This document shows, piece by piece, positions 20,801-33,971 of a stretch of DNA of 64,000 nucleotides. Where the stretch lies: the NCBI GenBank assembly GCA_951406725.2, contig OX597815.1, positions 806,001 to 870,000 on the forward strand, in the 5' to 3' direction. This DNA comes from Octopus vulgaris (Eukaryota). Position 1 is the stretch's first letter, and every line of letters starts with the position of its first letter. Below the pieces are notes generated by a model, which was given only the letters and a program-made list of their open reading frames with translations, made no database searches and was not told the origin of the DNA. The translations under genes were made by a program, and so were the position numbers.

Positions 20801-23800
20801 ATTGAAGGAGAGGGGCTTTCTCCGTCTGCGGATGTGGAATAAGCTGCCGGACAAGATGGTGAAGATGCCGACGACCGCTCGGTTCAAAGTCTCCCTTGAC
20901 CACAAATGACCTGAACTCTTTGCATGAACACCATCCTGTACATAACTCCATGTCCCCCTACATGGCCTTGCTTTTTTGCTTTTTGAGCCAAAAAATTAAC
21001 TAACTAACTAACTACCATGTTACCAGATCTCGCCCTTTGTGACTTTTCCTTTTTCCCGTTGGTATTAGGAAGGGCATCCAGCTGTAAAAACCATTCCAAA
21101 ACAGACACAGAAGTCTGGTGCAGACTCATGCCTGGCCAGCCCCTGTCAAACCATCCCACCCATGCCAGCATGGAAGACAGACATTAAACGATGGTGATGA
21201 TGAAATCCCATTTGAAAGGAATGAAATTTCAAGGGCATCAAGGAAATCCAAGAGAAAGCGATGAGGCAGGTACTTAGTGTCCCAAGAAAGGAGTTCCATA
21301 AATGCTTCCATCACTGAAAACGACACTGGATAGAGTGTGTGGCTCCTTTGGAGGAGATTAAATGCCAAATTGATATCATCATCATCATCATCATCATTTA
21401 ATGCCCATTTTCCATGCTGGCATGGGTTTCCGGGTTTGACTGGAGCTGGTAAGGCCAGGCGCCACACCAGGCTCCATAGTCTGTTCTGGGATGGTCTCTA
21501 TGACAGGCTGCCTTTCCTAATGCCAACCACTCCATAGAGTGTATTAGATGCTTTTAACGTGGCACCAACACTGGTATCCGTTCTGTTGTGGCAGACAGGT
21601 TTTCTTGGCTCTTGCTATGTGTTGTAGTTTTCTTTTTATAGCACCAGTCCCGATACTTTTGGATTGGTCCTCATCTAATGAGTAACTAATTGCTGAGAAT
21701 GAAATAAAATTAATTTATTAATTAGATATTTGAAATATTAATGCAGGCCGACTTACTGGCCTTCAGCTGAAATGTACTTCAAGGCAGCTGGAGCAGAAGT
21801 GGCCATCATGTTTTGGATTGTGTGAGGAGGACTCATGGGGTATTGGGGGAAATTCATTGAAAAGGAGAGAATAGATGGAACAAGGTTATGATCAAAAGAC
21901 ATTCCAGTCATGACCATCTTGTCTATTCAGGCATAAATTATCTGAGACATCATTGTCCAATATGTCCTTCATTTTTGAAAGGCAGTAGGTTGTGATCTGA
22001 GAGATATTCGGTTACTATTTCTAACAAGTTACAGACCCAGCTGGAGGCTCAAGCCATTGGCTGTATGAGCTTAGATCTGATCTACACAGATGTTAATAGT
22101 TTCAGACTCTTTTCATAACAAATGATATAACAAAAATGTTGCTGGCTGAGTTCTGTAGTCCTGTTTTACATCATAGACAGAAAGGAGGGGGGAGAGAATT
22201 AACATAAAATGTGTAGGAAGAGTGTTTCTGAAAAATATGCAGTTTTCATGAAATTATTGGGTGGAGTAGAATTGTGGCTTGTGTTGATCAAAGCTGGGAA
22301 ATGATATTAAATGCAAATACACAAAAGAGAAACTTGTTTGATTTTCAGGTAATATTTTGCTTTTGAAAATTAGTATTCATTTCATCAGTTTGGATATAAG
22401 CACCAAGAAACTTAAGAAAAGTGAAATTATAATTATTGTGTATTTCCTGATATTACCCCAGGGTGGCAAAGTTGAACAAATTTTACCAAAACAGTTTAAA
22501 AAAGCAAAAGCTGAATCCAAGCAAAAAATCAACGATGATAAAATGTTATTGATAGAATTATCAGAGATGGTAAAATTGCTGAGAATGGTTTTGCTTGTGT
22601 TTCAGGAGCCGCATTCTTTACCACTTTGACTACGACTTCTCTTTTGTTTGGCTTTGGAACAACGGTGGCCATGGCTAAAAAGAAAGACCCTGCCATGTTT
22701 GCTAAGGTAAATCAGTTTAATATTTCAAAATAACATTGAAACTTTTTCAAATAGATTTTGCTTTGATGATTTCTTTTTTTTGTTTGTGCCCCTCCTCACA
22801 AATCTCTCCTCTAATGCCAGCCATCACTCACTTTCACCATTGATCACTTTCACCTGCATTACAACCCATCTATTTCTTTATTGCCCACAGGGGGCTAAAC
22901 ATAGAAGGGACAAACAAGGACAGACAAAGGGTTTGTCGATTACTGGTACTTATTTAATCAACCCTGAAAGGATGAAAGGCAAAGTCAACCTCAGTGGAAT
23001 TTGAACTCGGAACATATAATGGGCAAAATACCTATTCTTTACTACCCACAAGGGGCTAAGCACAGAGGGGACAAACAAGGACAGACAAACGGGTTAAGTT
23101 GATTATATCAACCCCAGTGCGTAACTGGTACTTATTTAATCGACCCCGAAAGGATGAAAGGCAAAGTCAACCTCGGCGGAATTTGAACTCAGAACGTAAC
23201 AGCAGACGAAATACTGCGAAGCATTTCGCCCAGCATGCTAACGATTCTGTCAGCTCACCTGTATTACAACCCTTCATGCTTTCTCTCCCCCACCCCTGCT
23301 TATTCTTCTGTTGTCGCTCTCTTCTGCTCACCTCTTCAGACATATTACTTTGTGCATATGTTTGCATCATAATAAATCAAGGATTCTGTAACTTTAGGTG
23401 TTACAAGACAACCTCACCTGTGCCATTGCCAGTCTGTGAAGAGGTGGGTGGTTGGAAGGCCATTTAGCTATAGAAACCATGCCATGTTTGGCTGAAACCT
23501 GGTCCTCCACTACATTTAGGGAAGCAGTATAATTCTTCATAAAGACTTCACTCAGACTGCACCAGCCTCTCCAACCTACACCAGCGTCTCCAACCCACAC
23601 CAGCGTCTCCAGCCCACACCAGCCTCTCCAACCCACACCAGCCTCTCCAACCCACACCAGCCTCTCCAACCCACACCAGCCTCTCCAACCCACACCAGCC
23701 TCTCCAGCCCACACCAGCCTCTCCAACCCACACCAGCCTCTCCAACCCACATCAGCATCGTAAATGGATGTCAAATGATGATGATTCAACAACAACAATT

Positions 23801-26171
23801 CTGAAAGCTGCAGGAATGAAACTAGAAAATAATTTGATTCTTTTCTCCATTCCTGACAGAGGGAAATGATTCAATTATTTCCTGTATCAAAGTTAGGAGT
23901 GGGTGTGTGATAAGTAGCTTGCTTACTGACCACATGGTTCTGGGTTCAGTCCCACTGTGTGGCACCTTGGGACAAGTGTTTTCTACTATAGGCTCAGGCT
24001 GACCAAAGCCTTATGAGTGAATTTGTTAGACGGAAACTGAAACAAGCCCATCTTATATGTGTGTGTGTGTTTGTGTGTCTGTGTTTGTCCCCTTACCATC
24101 ACTTGACGACTGATGCTGGTGTATTTATGTCCCCGTAACTTAGCGGTTCAGCAAAAGCGACCAATAGAATAAGTACTAGGTGTACAAAGAATAAGTCCTG
24201 GGGTCAATTTGGTCGACTAAAGGCAGTGCTCCAGCATGGTCTCAGTCAAATGACTGAAACAAATAAAAGAATAAATTAGACCAAACAAATTTAAATGTTA
24301 ATGAATTATTTTCATTAACTGAACCCTGCAGAAAAAATCTTGAGAAACTCAGAACATTTTCGAATTGGTTTCACACATCATAAACAGATGCTGGTTGTTG
24401 TTGCTGCTTTGTCATATTGAAGTTTATCTTTTGCTTGTTTTAGTCATTAGACTGGTCATGCTGGAGCACCTCCTTGTGGAATTTTTGTCAAATGAATCAA
24501 CCCCAGTGTTTTTTTTATTTTTTTGAGCCTGGTACTTATTCTGTTGATCTTTTTTGCCGAACTACTAAGTTACAGAGATGTATGTACACCAATACTGGTT
24601 GTCAAGCAGTGCTGGGGGACAAACACACACACATACACACATGATAGGCTTCTTTCAGTTTCCGTCTACCCAATGAATCCACTCATAAGGCCTTGATCAG
24701 CCTGAGGCTCTAGCAGAAGACACTTGCCCAAAGTGCCACACAGTAGAACTGAACCTGGAACCATGTGGTTGGGAAGCAAACTTCTTGCCTCACAGCCACT
24801 CCTGCATTTATCTAATAATTTTTTGTAAAGCCAAGAATACAAAGGAAACCTACCTGTTTCTTCTTCAATCATTATTTTCCCTCGTAATTTCTATCCTGAC
24901 AAAACTCATTCTGCATCAGAGTCTGACTCTAAACACTTCTAGAATGAACTTTCATATCATTTACTACTGTTTACCCCCATCCCCCCCTCACCCACCCGTC
25001 CACTGTATATCCCAAAACTTGCTTCACCAAGATTGCCTGACCTACCAAACCACCTCATAAAACTGCCCTTCAACTTTCCTTTGCGAAGTCTTGTGAGATC
25101 TATTATAAATAACCATCAATAATTCACTGCACCACATTTTATGCATTATCTTCTGTGACACCAAAGGAAAACATGTTTTTCTGTTGTGTCTGTTTGTCCC
25201 TTGTATACGGTTGGCAGCCCTCTCTTTCATCCGAAATGTTATAAGTTTGCCAATTCAACCATTTCCATCGTTTGGTTCAGCAGGTGTTTAACAGTTGGAG
25301 ATTATTGTTGTGGTTGCTGCTGTTGCCAATCGCTCAACCATGAAATGAAACTGGGACATTTGAGAGATCAACTGATTAAGAAGGTTCTTATCTCTAACAA
25401 TTCTATGACTGGATGGTTTCACCACCACCACCACCACCACCACCACAGTCACACTGAGGATGACTTGCCTTAAAGTCCAACCCAATATTTTGTTCAGTAT
25501 TATTAGGGACATTTGTCCTTAATAATGATTGCTTTGGCACAAGGTCAGCAATTTTGAGAGGTGGTATGGAACGTGGGGGCAAATCATCTTTAACTTTCAT
25601 CCTACCAGGGTCTGTAAAATAAAATGCCAGTTAAGTATGGCATTGATGGTCCTGACCAACATCTCCCCGTCCCTCAGCTTGTTGGTCTTATACTAGTATC
25701 TGACTATTACAGTTTATCAACCTTGAAAGGATGAGAGGCAAGGTCAACCTCAGCGAAATTTCTCCTCAGAATGTACAAAATGAACAAAATATCGTTAAGA
25801 ATTTGGTCTAGTCTGGGTAATAATAATGATAATAATGGTACTTTCTAACTTTGGCACAAAGCCAGCAATTTTAATGGAGAGGGGTTAGTTGATCCCACTG
25901 CTCCAGCTGGTAGTTATTTTATTGACCCTGGAAAGATGAAAGGCAAATTTGAACACAGACCCTAAGGACAGACAAAAATGCCACTAAACGTTTTGTTCAG
26001 TTCACGAGAGATTTTGGGGAGGGGACTAGTTGATTATATCAACCCCTAACACTTGATTACGACATATTTTGTCGACCCTGGCAGAATTTGAATTCAGAAA
26101 ATGAAGCTGGACGAAATGCCATTCAGCATTTCTTCGCTTGGCATCTTTAATCATTCTGTCAGCTATAAACC

Positions 26172-26212
<41 letters not shown>

Positions 26213-29200
26213 CCTTTCTACTCTAGGCACAAGGTCTGAAATTTGAAGGGAGCTTGTCAATTGCACTGACCCCCCCCCCCCCCCAGTAATAAGCTGGTAC
26301 TTATTTCATAGACCCAGAAAGGATGAAAGATAAAGTTGATCTCGGTGGAATTTGAAACCAGTAAAGATGGGCAAAATGCTAAGTGTTTTGTCAAGTGTAG
26401 TAGTAGTAGTAGTAGTGATTTTTCTGGTACAGACACAAGGCCTGCAATTGTTGGGGAAGGAGCAGTAAATTACATCAACCCCATTGCTCAGCTCGTACTT
26501 ATTTCATTGACCCTGGAAGGTTGAAAAGCATAGTTAATCTCTGGAAGGATTTGAACTTAGAATGTAATGAGTTAAATAATTGCATTAAAAGCACAGCCGA
26601 GAGCCAGCAGCCTCTCCCACTCCCTTAACTGCCCTTTTGTGGTCTCCTTTTATGATAAAGTTCTTTAAGAGAAAATGTCATGGTAACAGAACAATACTCG
26701 TCATCTCATTGTTCTGACATTTGATGTTTATTTTGTATTTTTCAGACATTGATACCCAGTCGAGAATACCCGGTTACTGGACATGCGTTTGCCGCTCGTG
26801 CACTGGCATGGGGGACATTATATTCAATCTCTGGTGTCTCCCTTCTATCGTTTGCAGTGTGGAAAATGCTTGGGGTTCATAATGTGAGTATCTAAAGGTA
26901 TTTCATCATCATCATCATCATTTAGCATCCGCTTTCCATGCTCACATGGGTTGGACGGTGCAACTGGGGTCTGGGAAGCCAGAAGGCTGCACCAGGCCCA
27001 GTCTGATCTGGCAATGTTTCTACGGCTGGATGCCCTTCCTAATGCCAATCACTCAATGAGTGTAGTGGGTGCTTTTTACGTGCCACCGGCACAGGTGCCA
27101 GACGAGGCTGGCAAACGGCCACGATCGGATGGTGCCTTTTACATGCCACCAGCACGGAGGCCAAGCGAGGCTGTCAATGGCCACGGTCGGATGGTGCTTT
27201 TTACGTGCCACCGGCACAGAAGCCAGTCGGGGCGGCGCTGGCAACGGCCACGTTCGGATGGTTCTCTTATGTGCCACCAGCACTGATATCACAGCAACAA
27301 TTTCCATTGATGTTGATCGATTTTGATTTTTTTGATTTTCACTTGCCTCAACAGGTCTTCACAAGTAGGGTTTTGTGTCGCAAGAAGGAAAGGTATGCAT
27401 AAGTGGACTGAGGCCATGGGTGATGGTCTCACTTGTCCTGCCAGGTCTTCTCACACACAGCATACTTCCAAAGGGCTCGGCCTCTTGTCATTTCCTCGGT
27501 GTGACCTAAAGTTCGAAGGTCGTGCTTCACCACCTCATCCCAGGTTTTCCTGGGTCTGCCTCTTCCACAGGTTCCTTCAACCGCTAGGGTGTGGCACTTT
27601 TCACACAACTATCTTCATCCATTCTCACCACATGACCATACCAGCGCAAACGTCTCTCTTGCACACCGCAACTGATGCTTCTTAGGTCCAACTTCTCTCT
27701 CAAGGTACTTACACTCTGTCAATTATGAACACTGACATTACACATCCATCGGAGCATACTGGCTTCATTTCTTGCGAGCAGAGGTAAGAGCTCTCTGAAC
27801 TTTGCCCAAGCTATTCTTACTCTAGCAGTTACACTTTCAACACACCCACCCCGTAATTCTCAAAGGGTTACAAAAACAAAATCTTTCATCTCATCTTTTT
27901 TACCCACTTATTCCAGGTAGGTTTGTAGGGGCAGAGTCCTCAACTACACTTTCCATTGGACACTGTCAGAAGCACCCATCTCCTATTGATCTGGCTGGAT
28001 TTGCAAGTGAGACCATCTGAGCTCATGGATGTTATCCAACCACCTCACTCATGGTCTATCCCTGGCTCTTCTGCCAATTGGTTTTGCCCACAAAATCTGT
28101 TGGCACTTCTTTCCTGAGACATTCCTGCCACATGTCCATAGTTTCAGAACTATGATCTTTCAATTTGGATAAGTAGTAGCTCTGCTTGGAGCAGCTCCCT
28201 AATCTTGGTGCTGTGCATCCTATTCAAGTAACTTTCCTCCAAAGAACCCCTCTTCAACCATTTCTATTCACAATCAGATTCTTTCAATCATTGCCTCAAA
28301 ATTCAAAGTGGGATATTGTTGAGTCCAAGCTAACTGAAAAACTGTGGTTTTCACCCTGGACACAGCACAGCCACCCGAATATTTACACTGTGGCAAGTAT
28401 GGTTGAGAGGGGTATGCTTATTTTGTAGACCTAGAAAAAGCATACAACCTCATTCCATGGGATTTTGTGAAAGGTTCTGCAGGAGTATTTGATCAAGGGA
28501 CAGCTTCTTGTTTGCTTTGAAATTCCGATATGAATGGCCTAGTATTTGTGTTTGGCTAAATGGTTCTAAGTGGAAACCATTCAATGTGGATATTGGACTC
28601 TACCAAGGGTGTGTACTGTCACCGCTCCTGTTCATAACCTTTATGGACAGGATTGATGGGCACAGCCAGGATGGAAGTGATATTGAGATAAGTGGATGTA
28701 AGGTTAGTTGGCTGGAACTTGCAGACCACATGGTATTGCTCCACTTGTTGGAAGGTAAGCTCTGACATGCACTTCACAGATCCGATGCCGTGTGCTGCCT
28801 GGCAGGAATGGAAATCAATGCTGCAAAGACTAAGACTAAGGAAGTTGGTGCAATGCACTCTGCATGCGAGTGGAGTTCCACCGAAGCAGGTGGAGAAGTT
28901 CAAGTGTCTTGAGGCCGTCTTCACGAATGATGGAAGGCAGGAGGCTGCATTAAGTGCAAGAATTACAAGAACTGCTGCAGTAACGACCCAGCTACAGCAT
29001 TCAGTCATCAAGATACTGCATTTCAAAAAGGAAATGACAAGAGATTATGTTGATTGGGTGTGTGCAGATCAATAATTGGTGCTGTGTTACGACTGATATT
29101 ACATTGTGCCCTTGGTCAAGATACTCAGCTCTTGAATTGTTTAGCTGAATCTAAGATATTACACAAGTAATACCTTATTGTTTTAATCCAAAGTATCAAT

Positions 29201-29838
29201 GTGAAACCAACAGATGTTTGTTTATTAATTTGTAATGTTGAGCTGAACGTCTGACTCAGAACAATTTGGGAGGGCCGTATATAGTTACCTCACCTGCTAG
29301 AAAGAGTAGCCAATGGATAAGCGATGCAGTTCACTTGAAGCATTGAAGTACTGAAGCAGAATAGTAAATGGAAAGGGAAATGAAGAAAGCTCCTAACAAT
29401 GCCGAGAGGAAAGTTGAAAATGGGGTTACTGCCCCTCTGGCTATCCGAATGGCAGGATCTGATTAAACACACATTTCTTCTAACTGGACATTTCTGAAGA
29501 TGGGTCTTTGCACCTGAAGTATTTAAAGGTTTTTCAACTTTCATTTCTGCATTGTTAGAAGCTTTCCTCATTTCCCTTTCATTCAGTGAATGGCTGATAT
29601 TGGGAACAGCATGCCAAGCTGTAGAAAAGACTCAGTGTGTGCAATTAAGATAGCATTAAAACAGCCATCTGTGTATCATATTTTACACACACCACGGAGT
29701 GGTTGGCATTAGGAAGGGCATCCAGCTGTAGAAACACTGCCAGATCAAGACTGGAGCCTGGTGCAGCCTCCTGGTTTCCCAGACCCCAGTCGAACCGTCC
29801 AACCCGTGCTCGCATGGAAAACAGACGTTAAACGATGA

Positions 29839-29890
<52 letters not shown>

Positions 29891-31991
29891 TATGTGTGTG
29901 TGTCTGCTTCACTGGATGTGCTATGTCAGTGGGCATGTACAACAGTGTAAGCCTCTTGAGAGAAAAGCTGAGCATAAGAGGCATCAGATGTGTGCAAGAG
30001 AGATGGCTACACTGGTGTGGTCATGTGACGCACATGAACAAGGACAGCTGTGTAAAAATGTGCTGTTCTCTAATTGGGGAGAGAATCTGTGGAAAAGGGA
30101 GACCCAGGTAGACATGGGATGAGTAATGAAGCATGGTCTTCCAACATTGGACCTCGTGGAGGCTATAACAGGTGACTAAGACCTTTGGTAATATTCCGTG
30201 CCTAAGAAGACCCGTCAAGCCAAGTGAAACAGACACCCATGCTGATCGCATGTAGAAAGCACCCTTTGAATGTTGGGCCTCACAGAGACAAGTGACCGAG
30301 ACCTTTGGCAATATGTCGTGCTTGAGAAGACTCGTCAGGTGAGATCTTAGTTGTGGTCAATGTTGGTGTTGCATAACTGGCACTAAAAAAGCTTCCATTA
30401 CACTCTGTAAATTGGTTGGCATTAGGAGGGGCATCCTTCCAGCTGTAGAAACCATGCTACATCAGATTGGAACCTGGTGCAGCTCTCCAGCTTACCAGTT
30501 CCAGTCAAACTGTCTCACCCATGCCAGCATGGAAAGCAGGTGCTAAATGATGATGATGATGAGATATATATATATACATGCACACGATTGAAAGGCTTGC
30601 TTTTCAATAGGAAAGATGTGTTGAATATGATCCATAGATGGCTGTTTTAATTGTGTACACTGAATGTATTCTCTTTTTTCTCCTTTCATCTAATGTGAGG
30701 TTTTATTTTTAGGTGAAGAGAAGGAAGAAGCCATTTTAGAATTCTACCTGTTAACGTTTTTCAGTTGAAGTTTCTAAACCAAAAGTGGCTGAGTGGTAAG
30801 AAGTTTCCTTCCCAACAGCAGGGTTCCTGGTTCAGTCACTTTGGGCAAGTGACTTCTACTATAGCCTTTAAGCCAACCAAAGCCTTGTGAGTGGATTTGG
30901 TAGACAATAATTGAAGAAGCTTAACTGTAAAAACCATGCCAAAACTGACCTTCTCACCTGTGCTGGTGCCATGTAAAAAGCACTCAGTCCACTCTGTGGG
31001 GTGGTGGTTGTTAGGAAGGACATCCAGCCATAAAAACCACCCCAAAACAGAGACAGAAGTATGGTCTATGCTTCTGCCTGGCCAGCTCCTGTCAATCCGT
31101 CCAACCCATGCCAGCATGGAAGGTGGATGTTAAACAATGATGTGTGTGTGTCCTTGTGTTTGTTCCCCACCATCACTTGTCAAGCAGTGTTAGTGTGTTT
31201 ATGTCCGCATAACTCAGAGGCTTGACAGAAGTGACCGATAGAATAAGCACCAGGCTTAGAGAAAGATAAATGCTAAGGTTGATTTATTTGACTAAAAACC
31301 ATGCAAAGTGGTGCCCCAGCATGGCCACAGTCTAATGACTGAAACAAGTAAAAAGATTTTAGAAAATAATAGTGCAACAAGCTGATGATCTGATCTAATC
31401 AGTTGGTCATCAGAACCCCCAGTTCAGCCGACGGTCAGCCAACCTGCCTACAACCAGCATGGCTCAACCAACAACAATGTGCTGAGGCAGTCATCCAGCT
31501 GTGAATAGAAATGAAGTTTAATTTGGAAACAGACCTTTGGTTTCTAAGATGGGCAAAAGAACAGAAACTTTAGGGGACTAGTGCCAGTTTGATTTCAGGG
31601 AGCAGGGAACATAATCAGTTTGACTGGTGCCATTGAGACTCAGACTGACATAATTTGATTTAAGGGCTCAACAGGAAGGAAAGAAACAAGGTTTAACAGG
31701 AATGTTGACATTTTCATCATCACCATCATCGTTGGATATTAACGATGATGAATTAATCATTTGGAGATTACTTCAAACACCTACAACTTTGTCTTTCTGC
31801 TTTTTTTTCAGTTGGTTGAATTCCGAGAAAAAATTCAAAGCCTGATGCCAAAAGTTTCAAAAAAACAACCCCAAGAAGGTCGAACAGAATTCAAAAATCT
31901 AACAGATTTGATGCAGTATATAATAGACATTGATGCTGAGGAGAAGAAAAAGAAATTAGCCAAAACCAATTCTAATGTCTCAGGAAGCTGA
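17702..31991 (+). CDS. TMEM242: Transmembrane protein 242 (mitochondrial inner-membrane ATP synthase c-ring assembly factor), complete, 187 aa; exons 17702-17846, 22606-22706, 26746-26883, 31812-31991
   Basis: Exons of 145+101+138+180 = 564 nt join in frame: ...LKGAAFFTTLTTTSLLFGFGTTVAMAKKKDPAMFAK|TLIPSREYPVTGHAFAARALAWGTLYSISGVSLLSFAVWKMLGVHN|LVEFREKIQSLMPK...; matches TMEM242 motifs GFxxTxxxAKKK, RALxWGxLY, WKxLGVH. Confidence 0.93.
18605..19000 (+). mobile_element. tRNA-derived CORE-like SINE, full copy
   Basis: A-box TGGCTGTGTGG, B-box GGTTCAGTCCC, CTTGGGCAAGTG core, internal (TA)/(TG) tract; other copies at about 20055-20270(-), 23895-24275(+), 24435-24806(-), 30785-31355(+). Confidence 0.85.
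20390..21360 (+). mobile_element. Mariner transposase relic interrupted by CR1 and RTE 3' ends
   Basis: GYDPKT...QSSEWK-like at about 20400 and PDLALCDF at about 21023-21045. Confidence 0.65.
20727..21014 (+). mobile_element. CR1 LINE 3' end with (TAAC)n tail
   Basis: Close match to reverse complement of 33972-34250. Confidence 0.9.
22606..22706 (+). CDS. TMEM242: TMEM242 exon 2
   Basis: tttcag|GA...AAG|gtaaat; first hydrophobic segment and AKKKDP motif. Confidence 0.93.
23560..23757. repeat. 19-bp minisatellite (CACACCAGCCTCTCCAACC), about 10 copies
   Basis: Direct reading; embedded in an RTE 3' tail. Confidence 0.93.
26746..26883 (+). CDS. TMEM242: TMEM242 exon 3
   Basis: ttttcag|ACA...AAT|gtgagt; ARALAWGTLYS...AVWKMLGVHN. 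Confidence 0.94.
26904..27852 (-). mobile_element. RTE LINE 3' part with modular 3' UTR
   Basis: Reverse complement of the 2930-3823 region with internal deletions; (CAT)n end 20 bp from TMEM242 exon 3 donor. Confidence 0.92.
28380..29030 (+). mobile_element. Degraded RTE-type RT fragment of another family
   Basis: FVDLEKAY, GLYQGCVLSPLLFITFMD, KQVEKFKCL. Confidence 0.75.
29900..30562 (+). mobile_element. Older RTE 3' fragment plus tail
   Basis: LREKLSIRGIRCVQERWLHWCGHV...GKGRPR; ends (GAT)n. Confidence 0.8.
31812..31991 (+). CDS. TMEM242: TMEM242 exon 4 (terminal coding exon)
   Basis: ttttttca g|TTG; LVEFREKIQSLMPKVSKKQPQEGRTEFKNLTDLMQYII...GS-stop. Confidence 0.92.
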   Translation: MVEFREKIQSLMPKVSKKQPQEGRTEFKNLTDLMQYIIDIDAEEKKKKLAKTNSNVSGS

Positions 31992-32329
31992 TTACGACAA
32001 GAATGGTTGGTTTGGTTTTCAATCCCAAAATTTCAATTTGGAATTTTTGTTTTTAGAAATTTTATTTTATTGATGTGAAAATGAAGTTTATTATTTGTAC
32101 AAAAATGAAAAATATTCCAAGAAGAATGCCAGAGACTGAAACTAATTTCGTATTTCTCTGCTAATGATTCCCATCTAAAAATATACTCGTTAATTTTAAT
32201 AAGGCTGTAATTAACTTCAGTAATGGGTTCTTACCGTCATTGTAAAAGAAAAGGGAACCTGTATACAGTTGTTTGACCCGATAGAAATATTTTCCAAATC
32301 TCCCTCAATGTTTTAAAAGAAACTCTTAG

Positions 32330-32860
32330 ATACAGAAGGCCAGACCAAAGAGGAAAGTGCCTGTCTTCAAGCCTTCCAGACATGTCCACCACACAAACAC
32401 TTTTGCCATAGCCACCAGACAGGGTAAAACTGCTTGACCTTCCTGGCTAAAGGAAGGTGGCAGGGTGATCTTCATGATGGATTTGGACGATAGTCAGATC
32501 TGCCCCACAGGCGACCACAGCTGTTCAACAAAGCTCCACAAGACACAATGCTTGTTCACTTTATGAGTGTGTACAGGACAGGTTCATCACTCTGTGCGCA
32601 TCTCAGATAGGACCAGCTGACCGCACTTTTATAGAGCTTGTCTTGAACTGGCAGAGCTCCTTGGTAGCACTGCCAGGCCAGGGATTTCTGGAAATTATCC
32701 ATGGGCCCCGGCCTGAACATTCTCTAGAAAAGACCACCCAACTAATCATCTGCAACACCCAGAGATTCCCCCAGAATGTCGTCGCTCTTGCCTTCCACTA
32801 ATCCCCTATAGAACTCTATGATGGAGCTTCTACCAACTGCATTGCTTGTCTGGCTGAGAG
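32330..32860 (-). mobile_element. L1/Tx1-like LINE fragment
   Basis: Colinear similarity with 13890-14390. Confidence 0.55.
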
Positions 32861-33734
32861 CTGTGAGTGCTTAGAGACACTAAGTGCTTTTGAAGTTTCT
32901 AGATGTTTTCTCCATTTCACTGTTGGTTTTTATATTTTGTGTATCTTGTTTATTATCAAAGTACAAGGCTCACCATCTGAGTCTGTGGATGGATTCATTG
33001 GGTTTTGATATTAGTTCCTTCATATAAACATTCTTAAGTGATATGGGTTCATCTTTTAAAGATGTATCAATTTTAATTATTCCCCATATAGTCTTTTTAT
33101 ATATATTTATTACAGGAGTAATAAATAAAAGTTAATTATTAACTTCGATTAGAGGTTGTGTTAACCTCATGAAGGGATGGATTCATCCAAGGAAATACTG
33201 GTTCAATACCTGGCATTTTTGGAGAATTAATTTCCTTAAAATAATAGGTGTATACATAAAAACATTTAGTTGATATTCATTTAAAAGAAGAGAAAGAATA
33301 TGCAGATTGGGAAGTTAATAATTGTTTATTATTAACAGCAGATTAATCATCACCCGTTGCAGCTGTTTCAATTAATATATATATTAATAACTGGTTTAGA
33401 AAAAATTAATTCTTCTTTGTCAGATTTATTGGTAATGCTAGATAAGGTTCATACTGCCCGTTTATGATGCCTCATCACAGAGTTTTCATTCACACACAAA
33501 AAACATTTTAACTTAAATGTAAAAAATAAACATAAATATCATATACCTGTAATACATAAACGTAAACAGAATTGTGTATCAATTTATTTATCCTTTACTG
33601 GCAATATTGAAAAGACAGGAGATAAATGAAGGCAGAATGCACTGTGAACCAATAAATCATAGAAGGAAATGTTTCTTTTGAAGCCTATTAAAAAGAGTCC
33701 CTAGGTGCTTCTGTGTAGCTCTGCGTTTGGGCTT

Positions 33735-33930
33735 GCAATAAGGATATCATCTAACTATGCAAAGACAAAATCGAAACCTCTGCACACAGTGACCATCAGG
33801 TGTTGGAAGGATTGTGCTGCGTTTTTCAGCCCAAAGGGTGTACCTAGGAATTCATACAGACTGAAAGGAGTGATCACAGCGGTTTTTGGTACATTGTTGT
33901 CTTGTATTGGTATTTGGTGGTATCCCTGGA
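33735..33930 (-). mobile_element. Gypsy LTR retrotransposon RT fragment
   Basis: GYHQIPI...KTAVITPFSLYEFLGTPFGLKNAAQSFQ. Confidence 0.88.
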
Positions 33931-33971
33931 TATATACATACATATATATATGTATATATACATATATATAT

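Noticed and set aside
23394-23798. Repetitive WRGWCGLERLV ORFs
   Set aside because: Three-frame read-through of a 19-bp minisatellite.
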